A DNA stretch of 64,000 nucleotides from Raillietiella orientalis (Eukaryota): contig JAYWIR010000023.1 in assembly GCA_036172245.1 (NCBI GenBank), positions 1,860,001 through 1,924,000 of the forward strand, given 5' to 3'. Positions 1 to 13,429 of the stretch are shown here, piece by piece (the stretch's first letter is position 1; each line of letters opens with the position of its first letter). A program made the position numbers and the translations under genes. The notes under the pieces are model-generated. The model had not been told where the DNA came from. It did no database searches and saw nothing but the letters and a program-made list of their open reading frames with translations.

Positions 1-2850
1 TTCTACGTTACGTAATCAATGGAGCTTTGGGGTAAAGGAAAAACATTGCGCAAAACGGTTTCTTGTGATGTCTCGCTTCCGGGAAATCAGGGAAACACCC
101 GAGTTTTCAATATTTCGAGATGAAGTGTTCATCAGAGGAAAGCGCGGAGCATTTTCTATCGATGGTTTCATCTTTTTGCTCATCCGATTGCCGCATATGT
201 TGCAGCATGTCTGGTGAGAGACAGCACGGCGTGCACAATTTATCACACACCTCCGAAAAGGATGCATGCGCTTCGTTGCGATGGAGCAAGATGAGAGTCG
301 AGGGAGGGATGAGACTACCAGCAGCAAACAACGTGCAGGTATCGAACGGGAAGCAGCTTTCGCAGTTCCGCATGCGTTTGCCTATCTTGGAATCAGATCT
401 AATTTAATTGATGGGTGGATGTTCGAAGTAGTGTTCACCTAAAAAGGTCTCCCTTCCCAGATAAGAGAATTTCCATTCAAAGATGAAGAAGTGCTATGCT
501 GGGATTAGCGTTAATTTCACTACTCACAGGCTGAGGAATCGAAGTGTCATTGCATGCAGTTTGCGTTGAAATACATCCTTATGTGATATGCATCTAGCGT
601 TCATTACAGCTCATTTGATTATATAACGCGCAGGTCCAAAAGGACGAACGGTACCATCATCGTCCCAAGTAACATGATGGGCATTTTGTATTGGGATGAA
701 GACTGCATATGCATTGCAATAGTAATCGAATTGAGTTGTATTAATAACGATCGCTTCCTCGCTTTTGTATTTTGTAAGTGCTGATGAAGATTTGAACAGA
801 AAACAGATAGATGGTTGTAAGAATATAACAAGTACGAACGAATCGAAAAATCTGCAAGTTTGGATTGGTGCTCTGGCTTTCTTCCCTACAGTCAGTGTTT
901 TTTCTTGTTTTCGTTTTATATGAATGGGCTGTCGGTAAGATTAGTTCATATCCAAGGGTTCCCAATGAAAGAGAGTTTCTCAAAGTGAAAGCTGGGGAGG
1001 GAGGGAGGAGTTCGGGAAGTTCTCCTTCACCCGGGAAGTTCGAAAAGCAGTTGTCGCGACAACCACTCCAAAGAAAAGTCCATGCTTGAAAGGATTTTTT
1101 CCATTTTTTTTTTTAAAAACAGCAGTCACCGATAAATCTGCGTTGAATATGGACTTTCAAAATCAGACAGCAAGAAAAAGTTGCTCTTGGGCCGCGCTGC
1201 TGCACGTGGGAAACGAGGAGCGGCCGCTTTGTACGGAGTCTTCTTCTTAATGACATACAAACTAACCAAAAGAGAATCGTGATGGCATGAACTTTCAAGG
1301 TCAGTTTTGTAGTGTGTTACTCTGAAAGAAACGGCTCGCCCCTGAACAGGTGAGATTGCCAGTACGGAATCTGTTTCCATTCTCCATGTTTCGTTTCGTT
1401 CTTTCCATCAGTATTGTACATTCAGATATTCAGTCTTTTAATCCAAGTTCGGTAAATGCTTGTACTAAAAGTAATGTTTGACCAGAGTGAGGCAAAGTAA
1501 ATGTTAAATGGGGATGAGGGCAGTGATCAGATACTGCATAGCCATCTTGGCTGATTGGCTGATTTTTCACCAAAATAAATGTGCACCTTTCAGATATGTT
1601 ATTATGAAACGAAAATGGAATATCGATGATTTTTCTGATCCATGGTTTCAAAGGCAACATTCCTATTACCTTTAGGAATCATCAAAATATTTCCAGGGAA
1701 TCGTTGAGATGCTACACGCAGACATATCACGGATCATCATGTTGAAAATGGGGCACCAGACCAAAAACCTGTGTGTATCTCCGCTTTAGAAAGTTGAAAT
1801 CAAAGGGGAGAACAGCTTTGTCATGCCGAAAATGCAGGCATACTCCTTTCTATCGAGCCATCTCTACACATCATGTTTGGATAGAAAGTGATCAGTGTCT
1901 TATAGACATCGCAGCAAAGTGTTCCGAGAAACGTCCTTTTCAAGATGGAATCCCTAACTCAAACAAATTCCCGTACCAGTCAGGAAATGCAGGACACGGA
2001 CATGATGCTCGTTGGTGAAAAGAAATGCCATCCAAATAAATTTTATTGGGTGGAACATGGAAACCAAAAAAAAAAAAAAAAACTTGCTCTGACAAGAACG
2101 AATGTTTTATTTATTTCACGCACACTACAAGGGCACAAGATGTTCCTAGAAAAGAATTTCACATTTCGTTCGAAAATAAGAGCAACCTTTTTTTCCTTCT
2201 CTCTCTCTTCTCCTGAACGTTTCCAAGGTTACATTCTTTGACAACTCATGCTTTATCGAACAAAGGGAGCAGGAGTTGTCAAGATTTCAACCCACGTGAT
2301 GGGAAAAACTGGGCTCGACGTGATGCCGTGCTCTCCGCCGAAGAATTGGGCTTTTCGAAAAATAGGCATTCTAAAAACTTCTCTCGTGTAGTCATCAAAT
2401 AAAAATGAGTTCTCATAAAAATTCCTGTCACGAGTTCTGTCGTCTATTTCTGCGAAATACGTGCGGAGACATAATGGAGCAGCCAAAAAGAAGAAGAGGA
2501 AGAAGAAGAAAAGATGTGCAATTTAAAAAATCGTAACTTTTTAACGCAGTCGTTTCATTCCGTTGCGTGGTCCAGTGTGATCACAAATTCACTCCGGAAA
2601 GAGCGGGTCCAAGAAACGGCTCCGATGTTAACTGAAAACCAGAAGACCGATCAGATTAGCCTGGCCTCAAGTGAATCGAAAGTGGAATAAGATGGGGCTT
2701 TCAATACTATTTCGGAATCTGAGGTTAGCATCGAAGACCCCCCCCCCCCCCAAAAAAAAAAAAAGATAGAGCCAGTATCTGGCAGATTAGACAGGAAGAG
2801 ATAAAAGGGACCCGTTAAATCTTCAAAATAAAAACGGAAGACCAAAAGGT
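1..2850 (-). mobile_element. Decayed L1 LINE (A): ORF1 remnant, endonuclease, RT; runs off window start
   Basis: ORF 1430..1660(-) contains AVSDHCP (L1 APE SDHxP motif). ~650-680(-) reads HVTWDDD, equivalent to HLLxADD. ORF 2253..2486(-) PLCLRTYFAEI...DDYTREV resembles the ORF1 region. Domain order is collinear on the minus strand. Confidence 0.7.
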
Positions 2851-5079
2851 CCCTGCAAGAATTCTTTAAAGGGAGCATTGATTTGATTCACACGTGAAAT
2901 AAATGATTCCCATTTCCAAATGTGGAAATGTAACCTGAAGATTCAATCATTCTGAAACGGATATGTAGCTGTTTCGTGCACACCCTCTTTAACTTGTCTT
3001 CGGTTCGTGTGCGGAGATTCGTACGCCCCTTTCGTATCCTGGCAACGATGCGCATTCCATCTTGCAACTTATTCACACATTTCATGGACGTAATCATCCG
3101 TGATATTCTGGAATGGATGCGTTCGTTCCTCATTGAATGTGTAGCTACAGAAATGCTCCCAGTTTCATAAGGCGAGGAAGCAATCACCGATTGGGCCAGT
3201 GAATTACTCTCAATCCAGCGTGCGAGTCAGTAGGAGCATCTGTAATCAAATGCTAAGAACATCGATTCTGCCTTCGAAAAGACGGAGGAAAACGAGAGCA
3301 CTCCCACATGGAACGATAGTCGATTCGAAAAGGCGCATTACGACTCATAACTCCGTTCCCTCTCTGAGACCCATCACGTTCCTTGTCGTTTCGGTGGCAT
3401 ATCCCAATAAAGTCGAGCCCCTAGGATCCCTAACGGGATGTCAGCGACGACTCGTTCACTTTCCTTACACCTCGAAAAGGACACCTCCTTCCATCTCGAA
3501 TTGCTAAACAGGGGAAAACCTTCTCTTCACGGGACACTTCTCAGAGGCGGAGAAAGTCGGTGCTTTCGAGCTCCTTCCTAGTCGATCAGTTTCTCAAAAG
3601 GAGGTGCAAGATCAGAGGTGTGCTAGAGTTCCCCTTGCCTTGTCGCTTGGTTGCTGCTGTTACGATGATGTTCAGGACGTTGAAGTCGTATGGGCAGTTT
3701 GTTGAGACAAGGACAGTGTTGGAATGGGTAGCTTTTCGCACCCCTACACGGAGTTGGACTACAGGGAATGGAGGTGACCGCAAGCATTCTGGATTGAAAG
3801 TGTTTCTTGCTGGCGGAGGCATACTGGCGTTTATGGAAACGAGTAGATCTCCAGAATAAAACGATGTTTTGGAGTTTTGACTTGTGCTTAGACATTGTCA
3901 TGCTGGCTCAGTCAAATACACTTTGGTGATGGGATGTCTTGGGAATCGTTCCTCATTGTTTGTTCACGTGACTGTGCTTTCAAGAGACACACATCTGAAA
4001 TCATTGCGCGCGGCATTCTCCGCAGTACAGCAAGAGGTATGGCGCCTTGGTTGACTTCATCCTGAAGGCGATGCACGGACCTTAGGAAATGCCGTCCGGA
4101 AACCGAGGGACACTTGACGCGGGGTCTTGCTTGCGACCTGACGTTTTCCTGAAAGGAGGGAATCGCGTCATCATGCTCGACAAAGCTGTCGAATCAAAAG
4201 CACACCGGCAGCAGTCGAAGAGGCACGTGAAAGAAAACAAGGAGTATGTCAGGTCCATGCTCTCGCTCTTCCACTCTTACGAGGAACCCAAGCGTCAGTT
4301 CGCTCAATCCTTGTTGGTTCGTCGGGGTCATGGGGTCTCAAGCACTGTTCTGCAAGAGTTAGAAATTCCAAGAATGTACGTGAACCAGCTCAGAAAGCTC
4401 CATCCAACATCCAACGCAGCGGAAACATCTGGTGATTAGCAGAACAACCTTTGTTTGTTCCATGAGGATCTTACATCTTGAAAACCGTCTCTTGTTACCA
4501 GGGTCTTTTCCGGCATCTTTTCGCCATAAGCATACAGATTTCTGAAATTTCGTTTGAGACTGCTTTAAAAGGATGTCACTGCTTCCAAAACGTGAGAAAC
4601 TCAGCATCAGTCTCTCCTGGAAATAGCTTCAAATGGCTTTCCACTTCTCTAGCTACTTCCTGAGACTGACAATCAGCAGCTCATGCAAGCATGTGCGCAA
4701 ACTTTTGAGACGAAATGATTCGAGTTCCCGGTGTTCTTTCCTTTAATTCAGAGACATCCTCCTTCCTCCACAGCAAACGAGTTCAGCATCTTTCGAAATA
4801 GTCATCTGAAGAAGGCATATTTCACCTCGTTTTTCCGTCTTGGCACAAGATATGTGTTCCCAAGCATCAGCGTAAGCTCAAGTTCCGGGAGGCTTATTCC
4901 GTTAGTGGATTTCTCATTCTGATCTCCTTGGGAGCATGTTCTCGTTAATGATTGGCGCACACTGTGTATCCACCAATACCAAACCGACGAACATGGCTAA
5001 GTATGATCATATTATCATTACAAAAAGAATCACAACTTTGAGATTCATAACTACGGGAATGCTTGCCCGTTGTTAAGAG

Positions 5080-5515
5080 GGTTGTTCATCAATTTGCAAA
5101 GAGCAAAAGTTTCCGTCTTTTCGATTCGTTAGGACTTCCAGCAGGGGAAGCATTTCGTGTGGACCCAGAGTCTCCGCATCTCAAAGACCTGCTGATCCCG
5201 CTCACAAGCATGCCGTGCTCAGAGTCATCAACCACATTGGCATGCGCTTACGCTGGAACGAAAACAAAAATCTTCGGCAACGAAAGCCATTGTGGTTCCT
5301 CACTGTCGGAAACTGCAAAGTCCGTTTGGCGTCGAGCTCCCCTGACCAGTCTCCGTTTCGAGGAGTCGACCTGGCGTTCGGCTAGCCGAGATCACCGATC
5401 TGGAGACGTCGCGAAGACCGTTCTCCTAAGCATTGCCGTCGTTCAGGAGCCCCCGTAGAATTTGTTGGCGTCGCCTGCCTCAAACGACTAGTCATTTAGT
5501 CGTAAAACAACGGGA
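5080..5515 (-). repeat. 436-bp near-identical inverted copy of 43408-43843 (decayed L1 RT fragment) inserted in LINE B
   Basis: Direct alignment by eye: 436 nt, 7 substitutions, no indels. Confidence 0.95.
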
Positions 5516-7367
5516 GATGATGACACACAGGGAAGATGCTTTCATACTGAGACTTCTGATGCTATTCACCAATGTATGATTCCAAGCTAGGAAGGAAGTC
5601 ACTAGAAGCAATGCAAAGCAGCTGAAGTCGTAGTTGATGATCGAGGAAGTTTGGGTTACCTTATGTTTTCTTTAAGTGTTCTATAAGAAGCAGGAAGGGG
5701 TCTCAAGCTTTCATCAAGTCCGCGCGGCATAGGAACGCGAGTCTATTCTCTTTGTAGAAACGGTTTTCCGAAAGGTCTCTGAATCGATCCTCCAGGTCGA
5801 CCAGCATAATTGAAACGGAAAAGACTCAGAAAGAGACTCACATCAGACTCACGCCTGGTTCCTTTGTATGCCCCGTCAAGCAATAAACTCAAAACCGACA
5901 CTTTTATCATTACGATCATCAAAAGAAGAATAGCAAGCAACGAACATTGAAAGATTGAATGGGGGTGTTGTGGGAGTTGAAGAAGGGGTCCACATGAACC
6001 GGAATAGATCCAGTTGATTGCTTGAGATCTGAAGCAAGTAGAATTAAATCTTACAACCCTGGCACATTCCTTGTCAAGGATGTCTGAAATATCTTCACTT
6101 CAGAAAGAAAGCCGGATAAGGCAAAAGGTGATCAAGAAAGATGTTTTTTTTCTTTTTTTTTAAAAAAAAAAAATTTAAATTCATGTACATCCCTCACAAA
6201 ATAATTTTAGAATAACAGCAGAAAATAAACGATGGACATATTGAGATGATGAGCAACCATCAACACCGAGTGTCTTCCCAATTGCTCTTCTCGTATAACC
6301 GTTTTCAAAGTAAGCAAACAACTTATCGAAAAATGTTTCATTAAATGCATAGAAAATATTAGATTAAAAATTAGGTCCTGATTCCAGAGTGCCGGAATCG
6401 CTGGACACGGGTCGAAATTAGTGCCAGGTGGCGTACTTTCGTCGTGACAAGCCACTTGTTTTGGAAATGCTTTGAGCGCATTATTATGGAAAAATGGTCT
6501 CTCTAAATGGCTTCTAAACTTCGCTCCATTCTAAGCGCAGTATTTTACCCTTTTGCATTATTCAGCAGTGCACGTCGGTGGAGATAGATCACATTCTATT
6601 ATGTAACAGAATTCATCGATAAAATTCACTGCCAAAGCTGTCAAAAGGTTCGAAACTCTATTTCCAAGTTCAGAAATGAAATCTGTTGCCGGAGGGCTAA
6701 TCTCCAGCTAGCAGCTGGAAAATATCCGAGTATCGGGCCGAACTATTTCATTTTTTTTCAGAATTTTTTTCTCTGCCACAAAGGGAATCAAAAAATGTAT
6801 CTGTATCGAAGAATGTATTTGTAGAAATATATAATTTCGAATATACCTATACAAACATGCACAGACGAACATACACGAATACGATCTCGGTTGTCATGGT
6901 TGCTGCATGATTGTGTGTTATGATGCTATATGTATGCTACATGTTGCTCGTAAATTTTCGTAGTCTTGGACTCAAACGACAAATGGTTTCTAAGCAACAC
7001 ACCGAATCTTATCTTCCAACTTTATAAGCTTCTGGGAAGAAAGGCGCTATCCAGAATTCCGTTTTTCAAATAGACTTCGTTGGAAAAATCCCGAAACCAT
7101 AAGGCAAAAGACCGACTGCTACTTGGAGCTTTCAGTGACAGCACCAGGAGAGTGTGCTTTCATTCCTCTCCGCAAGTGATAATTTTGATGATTCGATTGA
7201 AAAGGTACATAGTTTCCATTGAGTGATCTGAAGGACACAAAATTTTCCACTAGAAGCCCGAATAACTATTTGGGCAAAGTTTCAAGTTCTTTGCAATTGT
7301 AGCAAATCAGACACCAAATCAGAATCATCAACTTTTGGACGCGCAGATGAACTGAGATGCATTTCCC

Positions 7368-7390
7368 TATTATTATTATTATTATTATTA
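7368..7390. repeat. (TAT)n microsatellite
   Basis: tattattattattattattatta. Confidence 0.9.
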
Positions 7391-9199
7391 CTTTATTATC
7401 GTCGATGCAGAAGTGAAGGCATGCTTAGCACGTTTTTCAGTGCTGTTTTGTCGTATTCAAGAGAATTTTTTTTTTTCCAAAGAAGTGGGGCTCAGTTCAT
7501 CGTTCATTGAACTGTTACGGTCATCATGCTTATACGTAAAGATGTGATGACACGATCGTTCAGATTTACCACAAAGGAAGCTTTTGGAATCTTCTTCTTG
7601 GATTTTCATTGTCTTCGATGAGATTATTGCACTGTTTGCATTGCAAATGAAAGAAGCGGTGACCGACTGGATGACTGGTCCTATGAAGCGAGTGAATTTC
7701 TGTTGAAAACAAAGATTTATCAAAACCGATAGAACCATTTATTGAGATTCCAATAGAACCGATAAAGATATCCAATTTTCCCTCTTCGACCTCACCAACC
7801 TTTTCATCACAATCACTTGGTCTCTGAAATAAAACTTGATCACTGTCGTGGTGCGTTTTGCTTCCTTGAAGACACGCAAAAACCGTACTGAACGGTAACC
7901 ACGGAAACCGAACGCAAACTCCGCTTTGTTCCTCACCGTCTGCTACGTGTCAAAGCAACAGCAAACATGCTAGTTGGAACAAGTTAACACACGTGAACAT
8001 ATGTTTTTCAGTCGTTCGCTTCTTCGATTTTGTCGAGTTTCATCTCGCTGCCTATCAAAACCTTAACAACTTCTGTTTCGCACGCAGCGCTCGGTGGCAT
8101 CTGTGAAAATGGAACGCAGTCATGCCAAACTCTCAATGAGTCATTCAGCGTTTCTAAACACATTCAAAGGAGATTGTGGAATCCACCGCGCTTTCCTTCG
8201 ACCTTAAACACTGCGAAAGACATCCTTTGGTGTTCCAAGTGACGTAAGCAGGATTGGATTCCCTACAGCTTTCTCTCTTCTCATTTCGGATGTTGGCTTA
8301 TTTCTCAGCAATTATTTTCAGCATTTATGAGACGTTCAAGGAATTTCATAAAAAAAAAGGGAAGAATCATGCAGCAAACCTAAGGAAATTAAGTGAAAAA
8401 GAAATCCTCAGAACATGGATTTTTGGTAGTTTTTCCTTTTGCAGACCATCTTTCCACGTTTCCCATGCAGGCGAGAGTCCTGGACTGACGACGGGATTTT
8501 GGCGTCGCTGTCGTAAGTCGGTTCTGACGAAAGTCGGGGACTCTTTTTTCAATTCTACATTGGTTTGATTTCTATTATAATGTTTTCGAGACTGGTTTTC
8601 AATGAACTTGACATGGTTAAAAAAAATGTAAATGCTTACACAAAAAACACTTATAAACTATTTATTAGTGTACACGTAGATACATGAAGATGTATAAAAT
8701 TAAGAAAGGAAAATTTGAGAACACAGACATAAAAAACGGTGCAAACATAACCAAAAAACTCACTAACGGTGTCTAATTAAATGATTATTTTTCTCAATCG
8801 TGTTGTCTGTTGTTGTTTTTTCTTTTTTCTTCACATATTTCGTGATGGTAACATCAAAGTGCTTCCCGAATTTGCTATTCCACTTCGGAGGAGAGACCCG
8901 TGTCTCTTGATCCACATTTTCGAGTGGCTGGAGTCCTTGATTGCGTTTAGTAAATGCCTCAGCTAATGCTTTCACAATGAATTTTTTTTAACGATTTCTC
9001 TTTTTCACCTTCCTCCTCATTCTTCCCTTCTTCTTGTTCAACTCTTCAAGTCTTGACCGGTCGGTTCACCTTCTTCGTGCTCTACTAATTCTTCTATGAC
9101 GGTGAGATGGTTTTGCCGGAGGCAAAGTGAAGTCAGAGGAATGGCTGTCGTCGTAAGTCGAGGACTACCCGTATTCAATGTTTCTTAATATGAAGTATG

Positions 9200-12100
9200 C
9201 GAGTCTGAGTAACTTATTACTGAGAAAAATTCGTTTGCAACCAGTTCACATACCTACATATTTCATAGGATGTATGAACCGCTGTTTTTTTTTTTTTTTC
9301 TGCACATTCCAATTTGGAAATGCCCATCCTTTCCCAAGAATTTTCAGTCTATTCCAATCCTTTGTGAACCTACTGCTAGTTTACCGATGAAACTTCCCAC
9401 TAAAACAGTCGTCAGTGAAGGAAAATGACGAAATTTTCTTTCAAAACAGCAACTTGTGTACACGTGTACCTACGAGTCCATCCTCCTTGTATGAACGGGC
9501 AAAGAGTAGGGAAAATTATTTTGCAAAGACTGCACTTAGGTAAGACGAAGACTGAATGGTAACTTGAAGAAAGTGCTGATCGCTAACTTATGAGAGGCAA
9601 ATGAATGTTGGAAGCAGTTCGATGGGGCTTTCTTTATTACAAAAAAATAAATAAAAAGGACTCGAAATTCAAATGGGATTCCGCGCCCTTATCAGCGAAG
9701 CTGCATTTTTAATTTCCAATGCTTCAGAAGAAAGATCAGTTTCAGGTTTCGAATGTTGGTTTCGGATCGCTGGTATCTGTTATCAACAGAGAAGAGGAAG
9801 CTGGAGATGTACGGAAATTATTATCCTGTTTGCCCAAGAGTAGAAATGAATAATTCAGGCAGGCTGAGATTCCTGGTGTAAATGATTTTTTGTGTGCATT
9901 TTTTTTTCCCCTTATCGGTTTTCGAAAATTGGCATGAATCGGCATCATCATCATTGCTGTGTGTACAATTAACGGTGGAACGACCGTAAGCAGAAACTCG
10001 ATGAATAAACTTGGAAATTCTCTTCCTTTTTTTTTTTTTTTGGAAAAAAAAAAAAAAAAACTTTCCCACTACGTTATATTGCTGGAGGGAAAAAAGGATA
10101 CTTTTGAAAAGCGCAAGAAGAGAAAAGAAAAAAAAAGCCTTTGGAAAATTCGAAGCCCTATTACGTAATAGATTCCCAGTGATGTGTTCGGTTCCTCTCA
10201 GCCTTGGTGACTCAATGGATGGCGAAATCTGCAATAACGTACACCTGTTGCGAAACTCCAGAACAGCAAAATGTGGAAAAGAGGCGTTCCACTATGGCCG
10301 GCTATGTGCCCATATAATGAGATGTGGATGTTATCGAACCATAATGAATGCTAGCAAGCAAATAAGAAGTTTTCACGATGAGGATAGCCAGAGGGCAGAA
10401 AGTATTATATAAGATCTGATTTGATGTCTTGAACGTATGCATATTGTGGTCATTGCTGAAAACCTTTCCCCCCTCCCCCTTTCTTTTCTTCCTTTTCTTT
10501 TTTTTTTCTTACCTAATTGGCAAGCGTTGTTGGCCATTCGTGAAGTTGATAGTGACGAGAGGAACATCTGCTTCCTGCGTCTTTTGCTTTACTGGATCAA
10601 GTCCTCATGAACCAAATGATTTCCCAATGGAGCTCTTTGTTCTTGATCATCACGGAAAGTGGATTGCAGGTGCGTTGCTTCTCCATGATATCCCTTGCAC
10701 CAGAAGGAAAAACCTTTCGGAATGCACCCCAGAGAGCCAAACCTCTTCTTGCACGTAAGCGGTGAGTAGCCATAACTTTCAAAAAAGGAATGTTACAACG
10801 TAATGTCATCCGACTCGGAATCTCAAACGGTTTGCGGGCCATCACGTGAATAGCGTTCATCCCATTCGGAGCGCCGCCGGTAGCACCGCGGAGAATAGGT
10901 CGGTCGCCTATTTTCGGAATCCCGTGGCGATCGCTGCCTCCCGAGGGGAAGAAGGAGGTTTTCGGAATTTCGAGCGCCGCGCAGGGAGGAAAGCCACGCA
11001 GGGGTGGTGGTGCAGGGGATGCGTTGAGGAGGAGTTCTGGCATGCCCCTCTTGCCCCCATGTCGGCGGCAGAGAGGCAGAGGCTCAACATTGAGCAATGA
11101 GTAACGCTGGGAAGGTGCCGCGGTGACCACAGAAGCGGGTGCGGTCCTCCGCACGTGAGAGCTGCGTCTTGCCGAAAGCCTATCAGGATCTTTTCAGCAC
11201 GCCTGCCTAAGAACACACACGCAGGGGAAGAGGCGGAAAGCGGAATCACACAGAGCGATGGAAACCCAAAGAGTAGCGGAATTGGGAAGTTTCGTTCACA
11301 CGGAGGTGCCCGAGACTCGGCCGAGTGCGATAACGTGGACGCGACCCGAGTCCGTCAATGTCTTGAGTCGCCAAAAGCATGTATGAGTATCAGCAAACAC
11401 CGTGATGACAAGGATGATAAAGTAATGTTTTCAATTTTTTTTTTTTGAACCTCCCATTTTTAATCCATTCCATTTTACGAACTTTTTCTTTTTGGTTGTT
11501 CTTTTAGTTCTTGATGAAGATTTGATTTTGCTATTCGATTGTTTTAATTTGTTGTTTACCCCAAAAGATGTTTACAAAGTCTAAATGTTTACAAGCAAGA
11601 AAGAAGAAAATTTCGGCTTCATTTCAAGTAGGGGGTTGTAATGCTGGAACAGGCGACTGAATCAGGAGCGGCTTGCAAAATGCTGCAGATGCTTTCCTAA
11701 GTCTGTTGTCCTTTTTAAACTTGCTCTCTTCGGAAAATAATCTTGGATCTCGTTAATGAGTTCCCCAAATGTGGATGAAGAGAAACATGGAAGCAGTACA
11801 GTTTCGTGTATCTTCTTTCTTTGCGTTGATCCCCTAGCTTCGTTTCTCAACAGTTTGCTTGAAGACTATTTCGTGGAGCCCACTGAAAGATACAAATCAA
11901 CCCATTGCGTTTTATACTGCATCCATTTGTGAATTCCTAGCGCTCACGTTTCCAAGAAAAGCCCAATCTGTGCTTCCTTTTGGAAGCGCAAGGTCACTGT
12001 CATTTCAGTCTCCGAAAGCAGCAACGTCATACCTTGATCTCCTACTTTCACGCAACGTTTTCCTTGTGTGTGTGTGTGTGTGTGTTTCATATGAAATGAA

Positions 12101-13400
12101 TGAGTGGCACGCAATGGAACAGTCGTATTTATCATAAACTTCACCTTAACTTACTAAACAAATGTAAACAGCCACCTCTTGCTACTGGCAACTTCCATTC
12201 ATTTGAAAATGTTGCGTCGAAAAAGGAAGAAAAAGGACAAATCTCCATACCACAGCGTTTTATCTCACGAGCCATCGAGTAGTGTTACATTTCACTCTCT
12301 CCGCATCCCTAATCGAACAAGACCACCTGTCATCGCTTCATCTCCCACGTGCAATCAGGAACATCTTCAGGCTGTAGTTACTACATTTATGGACCTGTTG
12401 TTTCGAATCCTTCAACTGCTTGCCTTCTTCTAACAACGTGGGACGAATATTTCCGCGCCTATTATGTTCGTCATAGGGATAACTGAGCTGAATCAGACAC
12501 AAACAGCAAGCCGATTGAATTCAGAGCTCCTCACTCTTGAGCCACTCCCATGGGTGTTTCGTCGTGAATGGAATAAGTGCTTTAACGTGCATATACTAAA
12601 TTTGTATATTAGATTACATTTGCCATTTTCGTTTGCTAAAGACAAAGGTAGTTTGCCATTTTACGACACTGGACGAGAAAAATGATCACATGCTTCGAGC
12701 GGTCCAGGTGCCGACTACCTTAAATCCAAGGCCGGCTATGTCAATCATATTTTTACTGCAGATTTCTCAGTACTTTAGTTGTGAATGTGGGTTTGAGGGG
12801 TTGGCTAAATTAAGCAGAGCCTGGTCCACATGTCAGGAACGTGCTTCTCAAGGGATCTTTGGCCTGTATGGCTCCAGGATTTAGCAATCACATCTAATAT
12901 AATAAAGCTTGAACTTTTCCTGTGTTCTGAGTTTCCATTTCGTGATGTGATGTCCAAAAAGCAACCTTCCTATCCTGTGAAAGGGGGTTACGGTTGACCA
13001 ACAAGGAACACAGTCTGCCATAAGAAGTTTGCGGAAAGCGAAAAATTAGCGTGAAGTGTCTAGGAGGATGGATCGGAAGAGTTTTTTACATGATCTGTGG
13101 CAGAGCACTTCAGTGATACAGCTGGAATTCCCTTATGAGTGAACTGGTGCTTGTCCTGTTTTGACCAACGCGGTCATCTTCCATGTGTTCATCTCTCCAT
13201 GGTGATATAATATATTTGCTTCCTAGTTTCGTGTGCTTTATGAACTCTGATACAGTAACGGGCAGGGAGAGAGATGCTGCATCGAGGAGTGACGGTAGCT
13301 CCTGCAAATTGTACCATGAGACTCCCATCAACTCTGCAGCAAAATCATAGAGTCGTTTCTGCAAACTCATCTCATCGGCCGAAAGCATGCCTTTAGTGCA
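9200..13400 (-). mobile_element. Decayed L1 LINE (C): ORF2 from endonuclease to RNase H
   Basis: Minus-strand HVDQALLN (~12815, ~RLDRAL.N), CDHF (~12685), VIPLSASSP (~11235, ~GDPLSP), SLCLSAADM (~11070, ~SHLLFADD), RARNPI (~9680, ~W.ARN), FTDDCFSG (~9410, RNase H ~NTDG). Confidence 0.65.
12065..12084. repeat. (TG)10 microsatellite
   Basis: Direct reading. Confidence 0.95.
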
Positions 13401-13429
13401 TTTTCGTATTCTGATTAATCATTACCATT

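Larger units (their letters stand above)
2890..8300 (-). mobile_element. Decayed near-full-length L1 LINE (B) with RNase H
   Basis: Minus-strand motifs in order: LICYNCKEL (~7290, ~SWNCRGL), KLPRSSTTT then SDFLPSL (~5590-5650, ~LP..IN.T / DFRPISL), AYADA (~4870), VCLWRKDAG (~4515, ~VC.PK..GG), zf-RVT-like 3600-3900, VRDPRG (~3420) and RIRKGRTN (~3020, RNase H ~HxxREGN). Confidence 0.75.

Noticed and set aside
5063..5458. 131-aa ORF 'conserved' in two copies as a small gene
   Set aside because: Conservation is explained by ~98% DNA identity from recent copying. The opposite strand carries the RT motifs.
6760..9200. AT-rich patches (6760-6960, 7690-8000, 8570-9200) as MITE/MULE ends
   Set aside because: Composition and short sub-repeats are suggestive, but I could not pair termini or find TSDs.
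13110..13388. Protein-like 92-aa ORF as a host exon
   Set aside because: It lies at the expected ORF1/ORF2 junction of L1 C, directly upstream of endonuclease motifs, and I recognise no host domain.
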